Below are positions 49,101 through 52,928 of a DNA stretch of 52,928 nucleotides, piece after piece; within the stretch, counting starts at the first letter, position 1; each line of letters begins with the position of its first letter. Position numbers and translations under genes: made by a program. Location: NCBI GenBank assembly GCA_024762835.1, contig JANTGP010000001.1:1-52928 (forward strand), in the 5' to 3' direction. The notes under the pieces are model-generated. The model worked only from the letters and a program-made list of their open reading frames with translations, had not been told where the DNA came from and searched no databases. Origin of the DNA: Bacteroidota bacterium. GTDB lineage: Bacteria; Bacteroidota; Bacteroidia; Bacteroidales; M50B96.

Positions 49101-49765
49101 TAGCCGTCGTACTCCAATGCCTCGCCATTTGGAGAACTACCTGTTCCATTGTTGATATAATATTGAGAATAAGAACCTGTGTTTACATTATTAATAGATA
49201 CCGGTGTAGTTGTTCCGGGAACTATGGCAATATTCTGATTAACATAAGCTCCGCCTAAGGGATTAGGACCGGAAAGGAAAAAGGCAAATATATCGTTAAA
49301 CGATGAGTTTACATATTCGAGATATTCATCTGAGCCAAAACTATACTTAAATTGAAGAGTATCTGAAGATGGTATAAAATCAAATTCAAGAACAGCTGCA
49401 TCATGAGTTGACTGAGGGATAAGTGCATCTAAATCAGCATCTCCCGGCATACTCATTGAGCCGGTAATACCACTTGAGGTATTCGGACCGATTGCATTTG
49501 TTACTTGTCCGGATGCCATAACAATACCCGAATGCATGATGGTATCAAAACTACAACTATCAGGACAATAGAAATATCCAATCTGTGTACTTGCACCTGC
49601 AAAAGTTATATTTGATGCTGTTACACAGCCGGATATCAATGTGTCTGCAACCAATTCCTGCGGTGTAAGCGTATCAATAATAACGATAGGATTAACATAT
49701 TGCTGAGCAGATGCAGAAAGAACAAAAGTTGTAAAAACGAATAATAGTATAGACTTAATTCTCAT
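46190..49765 (-). CDS. Large T9SS cargo/adhesin-like protein: choice-of-anchor-L-like N-domain, Calx-beta-like domain, 4 x 160-aa modules with SprB-type repeats, T9SS C-terminal domain
   Basis: 1191 aa. Signal peptide MRIKSILLFVFTTFVLSASAQ. FGSDEYLEYVNSSFNDIFAFFL (choice-of-anchor L signature as I recall it). FSGTATLGSD...ESTETFIIEIL (Calx-beta-like). CxxxCxG...PYxYxW SprB-type repeats. C-terminal ISIYPNPNKTGQFFINL sorting domain. Confidence 0.75.
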   Translation of the reverse strand: MRIKSILLFVFTTFVLSASAQQYVNPIVIIDTLTPQELVADTLISGCVTASNITFAGASTQIGYFYCPDSCSFDTIMHSGIVMASGQVTNAIGPNTSSGITGSMSMPGDADLDALIPQSTHDAAVLEFDFIPSSDTLQFKYSFGSDEYLEYVNSSFNDIFAFFLSGPNPLGGAYVNQNIAIVPGTTTPVSINNVNTGSYSQYYINNGTGSSPNGEALEYDGYTIGMYAAASVIACETYHIKLAVADAGDSVLDSGVFIESGSFTDGTSVTINNVNPAGTMNDLYEGCESYYVFTRNDTNDVSFPVDIQLAFSGTATLGSDITSFPSVVTIPIGAISDTVYYTAFMDGIQESTETFIIEILAGCPCDPTPASDTITIYDYIEFKAGIINTDSMFCGITPPATYDIVSTCVSHPAWFITYLWNTGSTDSIITVVPPLPGHHDIYWVAISDLCGNTIIDSITIGVSELSGVSITATDALCFGACNGTVNATPLGTSSNIDFIWSEPSIGTTYTGVLNNLCAGYYSVTVTDDSYCEFSDDFFIDEPSAALDPSSGIITVDTAFCDMPGQITLEASANIPDVTYAWNGAAVTTNTLDVVPSVGINAYTVAISDFCGYTIIDTVNIYVSQVQNSFLNYENTSCYGVCDGSVSVLTPSGIPPFIYQWGSNNSGSFTTSESTLDSLCADTFNLNVIDAINCLYIADMIIEQPDSFNAELSGIVSTDTMWCGTTPPPTIGLEASSNIQDVNYLWSTGETTQGIFFSPAQGNSMYWVTISDNCGNSKVDSVHVIVSNMSGVNIITDTCTCFNSCDGFVQVNPIGGIVPYTYNWSNGIGSASSNEISTLCKGNYSITISDDGGCLYQSDFVIGGPDSLSQCNITNQATMFCGVNAPASITLETEVNTEVSYSWNTGITTETLTFNPVTGANIYWVDFTDNCGNTYRDTIIISVSNFSGAQLVVDSTDCYNSCTGEVDVTAIGGITPYSYEWDVPGVSSSTDSYLDNLCAGVYHVTVSDLALCNIVKEFTVIEPDSITFGFISQDSHGQDCNGFASAVDVLGGTAPYSYLWDDNAATATYNVMSLCPGLYQVIVSDSHNCTSQDTIRILDTTVGIDELGNNEVISIYPNPNKTGQFFINLSEINSNEVELIKVLDSSGKLITTFANDGITEMIELKDISAGINVLQIFFKNGKSVTRKLVVIE
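46475..48613 (-). repeat. Four tandem ~160-aa (~480-nt) bipartite modules plus one extra SprB-type repeat
   Basis: Landmark Cys of the 'A' half (FCG/FCD/WCG/FCG) at residues 394, 560, 722 and 880. Landmark of the SprB-like half (C..xC.G) at 481, 641, 804 and 961, with a final SprB-like unit near 1039. Confidence 0.7.
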
Positions 49766-49936
49766 AATTATAATTTCTTAAGATACTAAATACAGACATA
49801 CATGAACTAATAAAGGTTGCATAAAATATACTTGAGAGATGCAATATCTCATTTTTGGTATTTACAAAAATACAAAATTTTACTAATATTTCATATATTG
49901 CATGATATAAGAACATCCTATTTATTAACACATTAT

Positions 49937-50890
49937 TTAAATCTCATTCCAAACGAGTGCAGCAGCACCAAGAATAGCAGCACTATTTTCATTTAGTTGA
50001 GATGGAATAATTTTTACCTTATTTCGATAAATATGCAGTAAATTTTCCTCCATATTTTTAATAGTAGGTTTAAAAATCAAATCTCCGGCTAAGGACAAAC
50101 CACCAAAAAGAAAGATAGCTTCAGGACTTGAGAAGGCAACAAAGTTCGCAAGGGCTTTACCTAAAATTTCACCTGTTAATTCAAATGCCTTAAGAGCAAG
50201 CTCGTCCCCCATCTTAGCTGCCCATGAAATATCCTTTCCACTCAAAGAGTCAAATCCCTCTGTATTTAAACTACTATTATACTTATTCTCTGCCAAAAGC
50301 TCTTTAACAGTTTGTTTGATTCCTGTTGCCGAGCAATATGTTTCTAAACAACCTCTGCGACCACATCCGCAAACACGGCCATTATCCTTTACAATCACAT
50401 GTCCTAATTCACCGGCAAAACCATCGTGACCATATACAAGATTTCCGTTTACCACAATACCACTACCCAATCCGGTGCCAAGTGTTATCATTATAAAGTC
50501 TTTCAGTTCTTTTGCTCCACCGTAAATCATCTCACCAATTGCAGCAGCATTTGCATCATTAGTAAGATAAACAGGAATATCATAATACTCTTTAATTAGT
50601 TTGACTAAAGGAATTACTCCTTCCCATTTTAGATTCGGAGCATATTCAATTGTTCCATTATAGAAATTTCCATTTGGAGCACCTATACCTATCCCCACTA
50701 AGTCAAAGTCTTTACTGATATTATTTCTTGATATTTCTATCTGCCTGACAAGCTCTTTTACAAATTCTTCTGAATCTTTATACTCTTGGGTTCTAAAAGT
50801 TCCTCCGGTTATTTCATTTCCATCTTTGTCGATAAAACCAAAGACTGTATTTGTTCCCCCTATGTCAATTCCAATTGCAAATTTATCCAT
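49937..50890 (-). CDS. ROK-family glucokinase
   Basis: 317 aa. GIDIGGTN ATP-binding motif. ROK zinc motif GHVIV...CGCGRRGCLETY. Confidence 0.8.
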   Translation of the reverse strand: MDKFAIGIDIGGTNTVFGFIDKDGNEITGGTFRTQEYKDSEEFVKELVRQIEISRNNISKDFDLVGIGIGAPNGNFYNGTIEYAPNLKWEGVIPLVKLIKEYYDIPVYLTNDANAAAIGEMIYGGAKELKDFIMITLGTGLGSGIVVNGNLVYGHDGFAGELGHVIVKDNGRVCGCGRRGCLETYCSATGIKQTVKELLAENKYNSSLNTEGFDSLSGKDISWAAKMGDELALKAFELTGEILGKALANFVAFSSPEAIFLFGGLSLAGDLIFKPTIKNMEENLLHIYRNKVKIIPSQLNENSAAILGAAALVWNEI

Positions 50891-50898
50891 AACTGATA

Positions 50899-52353
50899 TT
50901 AGTTTTTTGATATTGGATTCTCAATATTTCCAAATTTTCCGGTTTTAAACCCTTTATATCCATACCACGAAATGTAAATATACGAAACTAATGGCACCAC
51001 AAATGCAAATTGATAGCCACCGAAGATATCACCCAACATTCCCATTCCCAAAGGTAAAATAGCTCCACCAACTATCATCATTATTAACAAAGATGAGCCT
51101 TGACTTGTATCCTTCCCCAGGTCTTTAATAGCTAAGGTAAAAATATTCGACCACATGATAGAATTAAATAATCCGATTGCCAAAATACACCACATAGCAA
51201 TAGCTCCATTATTAAACATCGCTAAAATAAGCAATATAATAATTACCAAAGAGAATATCATTAATGTGTTTGATGCTTTTGACCTGCCTAAACGAAAGGC
51301 TATTAAATTTAATACTATAAATCCAACAAAAGGTAGTATCTCTTTTAATGACATTCCCGATTCAATATTTATTGTAAAGAATATTACTAGAAAAGCTATT
51401 ATAGAGGTAAGGATTAAAGCAAGGTCTTTTTTTATTCCGGTAAGTTTATCTGATAAAGAAATAGCACCCAAAAAGCGGCCAATCATTAAACCACCCCAAT
51501 ACAAAGCTAGAAATGATTTGGCTCTCATTTCGGTAAAACCGAGTAACTCGTTTAAATAATTTATTAGAGAACTTCCTATGCTTACTTCGGCACCAACATA
51601 AAAGAAAATTGCAATCATACCAAATACCAGCTGTTTGTGTGCCAGAGCACCCGAGCCTTTTACAATCTCATTATTTTCAATTAATCGTGGCAATTTTGTA
51701 AAAGCAAATATTAAGGCCATTATGATGAATATTGCAGCAAAAATTAAATATGGTAACTGAACACCCAAAGCCGAAAGAGTCTGACCTGCATCTGTTGTAA
51801 TCTGTAAGCCCGATTGATTTAGCAAAGGCTTACCAAGTTTAGCAAAATAATGGAATACGAAATATCCACCTACGATAGGAGCTATTGTTGTTCCAAATGA
51901 GTTAAAGCCTTGCGAAAGATTAAGACGAGAGCCTGCTGTTTCTGCCTTCCCAAGTACTGCCACATAAGGGTTTGCAGCAATTTGCAACAAGGTGAATCCT
52001 ATACCGAGCACAAACAAAGCAGTAAGAAATAATCCGTAAACAGCTACTGAGGCTGCAGGATAAAAGATTATGCAGCCAATTGCCGATACAACTAAACCTG
52101 CAATAATTCCTTTTTTGTAACCTATTTTAACAATAGGGTCGCCATAGGCAGATGAAATAATAAAATAAACAAGCGAGCCTGTGAAATATGCCCCGAAAAA
52201 CGAAAACTGAACTAACATCGATTGAGCCCTGCTTAGCTCAAACATCTTTTTCAAAAAGGGAATTAATATATCATTCATGCAAGTAATAAAACCCCATAAA
52301 AAGAACAGAACGGTAATTAGTATAAAAGTTGGGCGATAATTCTTTTCATTCAT
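50899..52353 (-). CDS. MFS sugar transporter (glucose/galactose-fucose permease family)
   Basis: 484 aa, about 12 TM helices. N-terminal region FILITVLFFLWGFITCMNDILIPFLK is typical of the GluP/FucP family. Lies 8 nt upstream of the glucokinase gene. Confidence 0.8.
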   Translation of the reverse strand: MNEKNYRPTFILITVLFFLWGFITCMNDILIPFLKKMFELSRAQSMLVQFSFFGAYFTGSLVYFIISSAYGDPIVKIGYKKGIIAGLVVSAIGCIIFYPAASVAVYGLFLTALFVLGIGFTLLQIAANPYVAVLGKAETAGSRLNLSQGFNSFGTTIAPIVGGYFVFHYFAKLGKPLLNQSGLQITTDAGQTLSALGVQLPYLIFAAIFIIMALIFAFTKLPRLIENNEIVKGSGALAHKQLVFGMIAIFFYVGAEVSIGSSLINYLNELLGFTEMRAKSFLALYWGGLMIGRFLGAISLSDKLTGIKKDLALILTSIIAFLVIFFTINIESGMSLKEILPFVGFIVLNLIAFRLGRSKASNTLMIFSLVIIILLILAMFNNGAIAMWCILAIGLFNSIMWSNIFTLAIKDLGKDTSQGSSLLIMMIVGGAILPLGMGMLGDIFGGYQFAFVVPLVSYIYISWYGYKGFKTGKFGNIENPISKN

Positions 52354-52371
52354 AGCAATGATATATTTTTA

Positions 52372-52928
52372 TTAGAACTTTATTCCAAAGTTCACATTTA
52401 TCTGGGGAATGCTTGAATTATAATTTTCTGTTTTAAACATTCTGTAATTTATTGAAGTAATAAAGTTCTTCTCAGGACTGTATTCAAAGCCGGCAATAGC
52501 ATAAAATGACTTATCGCTTGTTGCAAAGTTTCCGTAATCTAACCGTCCAAGAAATTTTATTTTCTTCATTAGTGCATAAGATGCATATACCGAGTATCCT
52601 TCAAAATCATTATCCTTAATGTAACTCCTGTTTTTAATAAAATTAGACTCACATCCCAACATAATCTTATCATTCTTATATCCTATAAAACCCGACATTA
52701 CATATTTGTTTTCAGACTCTCCCGATTCAACGGATTCAGGCTCTCTGTCAACATATAACTTCAACAAAAGATTCTTAATTGGGTAATATTCTATATTTGT
52801 TGAAACTAAAAACTTTGAGTTGTTATCCTGATGCCTGAAAGGGCCTTCACCATTAACGGCAGTCAAGCTGATATGTAGATTTTCCATTGCCTGATATGTA
52901 AAACGGGCACCAAAAAAGGCAGGCATAC
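52372..52928 (-). CDS. Outer-membrane beta-barrel porin, partial (N-terminus lies beyond the window end)
   Basis: Alternating amphipathic beta-strand pattern and the terminal ...NVNFGIKF aromatic residue. Lies 18 nt upstream of the MFS gene. The open frame runs off the window. Confidence 0.5.
   Translation of the reverse strand, partial: MPAFFGARFTYQAMENLHISLTAVNGEGPFRHQDNNSKFLVSTNIEYYPIKNLLLKLYVDREPESVESGESENKYVMSGFIGYKNDKIMLGCESNFIKNRSYIKDNDFEGYSVYASYALMKKIKFLGRLDYGNFATSDKSFYAIAGFEYSPEKNFITSINYRMFKTENYNSSIPQINVNFGIKF

Noticed and set aside
49834-49850. GAGAGAT-GCA-ATATCTC hairpin followed by ATTTTT, between the glucokinase gene and the 1191-aa gene.
   Set aside because: The stem is 7 bp with an internal mismatch. 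The T-run is on the plus strand, where no gene needs terminating. A candidate -7 box for the downstream minus-strand gene lies on the wrong side of it. The evidence is too ambiguous to call a terminator.
1-52928. Genetic code 4 (TGA read as Trp) as the explanation for the missing TGA stops.
   Set aside because: Trp is encoded by TGG throughout the long intact ORFs. An AT-rich code-4 genome would be peppered with in-frame TGAs that would fragment the standard-code ORF track, and only one gene is split.
1-52928. I looked for mobile elements, prophage or defence islands, CRISPR arrays and tRNA/rRNA genes.
   Set aside because: I found no transposase, integrase or recombinase-like ORF, no direct-repeat/spacer array, no tRNA-like T-arm (GGTTCGAATCC-type) sequence, and no compositionally distinct island. 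The window looks like core chromosome.

Overview
This is an AT-rich (about one-third GC by eye), gene-dense chromosomal segment from a Bacteroidota bacterium. I call 42 protein-coding genes. I recognised no rRNA, tRNA, CRISPR array, transposase, integrase or defence system.

The phylum assignment rests on four things:
- Two large secreted proteins carry T9SS C-terminal sorting domains, and one also has SprB-type repeats.
- The conserved envelope block pdxJ / CBS / nadK / beta-barrel / uppS / bamA / ompH / ompH / murI is present.
- There is a fused MurF-Alr gene.
- Perfect TAnnTTTG (-7 type) boxes recur upstream of start codons, and Shine-Dalgarno sequences are absent.

Gene content from left to right:
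- 301-3718: a putative sulfonolipid (capnine/sulfobacin-type) head-group cassette, made of a cysteate-synthase-like PLP enzyme, a CysH sulfonucleotide reductase and an alpha-oxoamine-synthase acyltransferase.
- 3919-5070: a saccharopine-dehydrogenase-family gene broken by one in-frame TGA.
- 5092-13679: the envelope and cofactor housekeeping block.
- 13760-17390: a tryptophanase/tyrosine-phenol-lyase gene and a GlsA/GlsB-like N-acyl-amino-acid lipid gene pair.
- 17424-21453: purF, an orphan transketolase C-terminal subunit, a TSUP permease and an MTH1187-family gene.
- 21464-24187: a repeat-rich T9SS cargo protein.
- 24763-28062: an HK-RR-S4-SRAP gene string.
- 28366-35834: a large secreted CAP-domain protein, an OmpA/TPR/beta-propeller protein and an AsmA-like protein.
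- 36080-42873: murF-alr with two glycosyltransferases and a UDP-sugar epimerase, then a DEAD-box helicase.
- 43000-44735: a Fur-family / rubrerythrin / peroxiredoxin oxidative-stress operon.
- 45004-45882: an MscS-like channel.
- 46190-49765: a second, 1191-aa T9SS cargo protein.
- 49937-52928: a porin / sugar-MFS / glucokinase operon.

The most unusual signals concern decoding rather than gene content. None of the 42 genes ends in TGA (27 TAA, 15 TAG). The only in-frame TGA sits where I expect a conserved glycine. One gene (MscS-like) stays open for 62 codons past its TAG. Several first-listed ORF starts in the track are TTG or GTG extensions, and I re-set those to internal ATGs where the sequence supports it.
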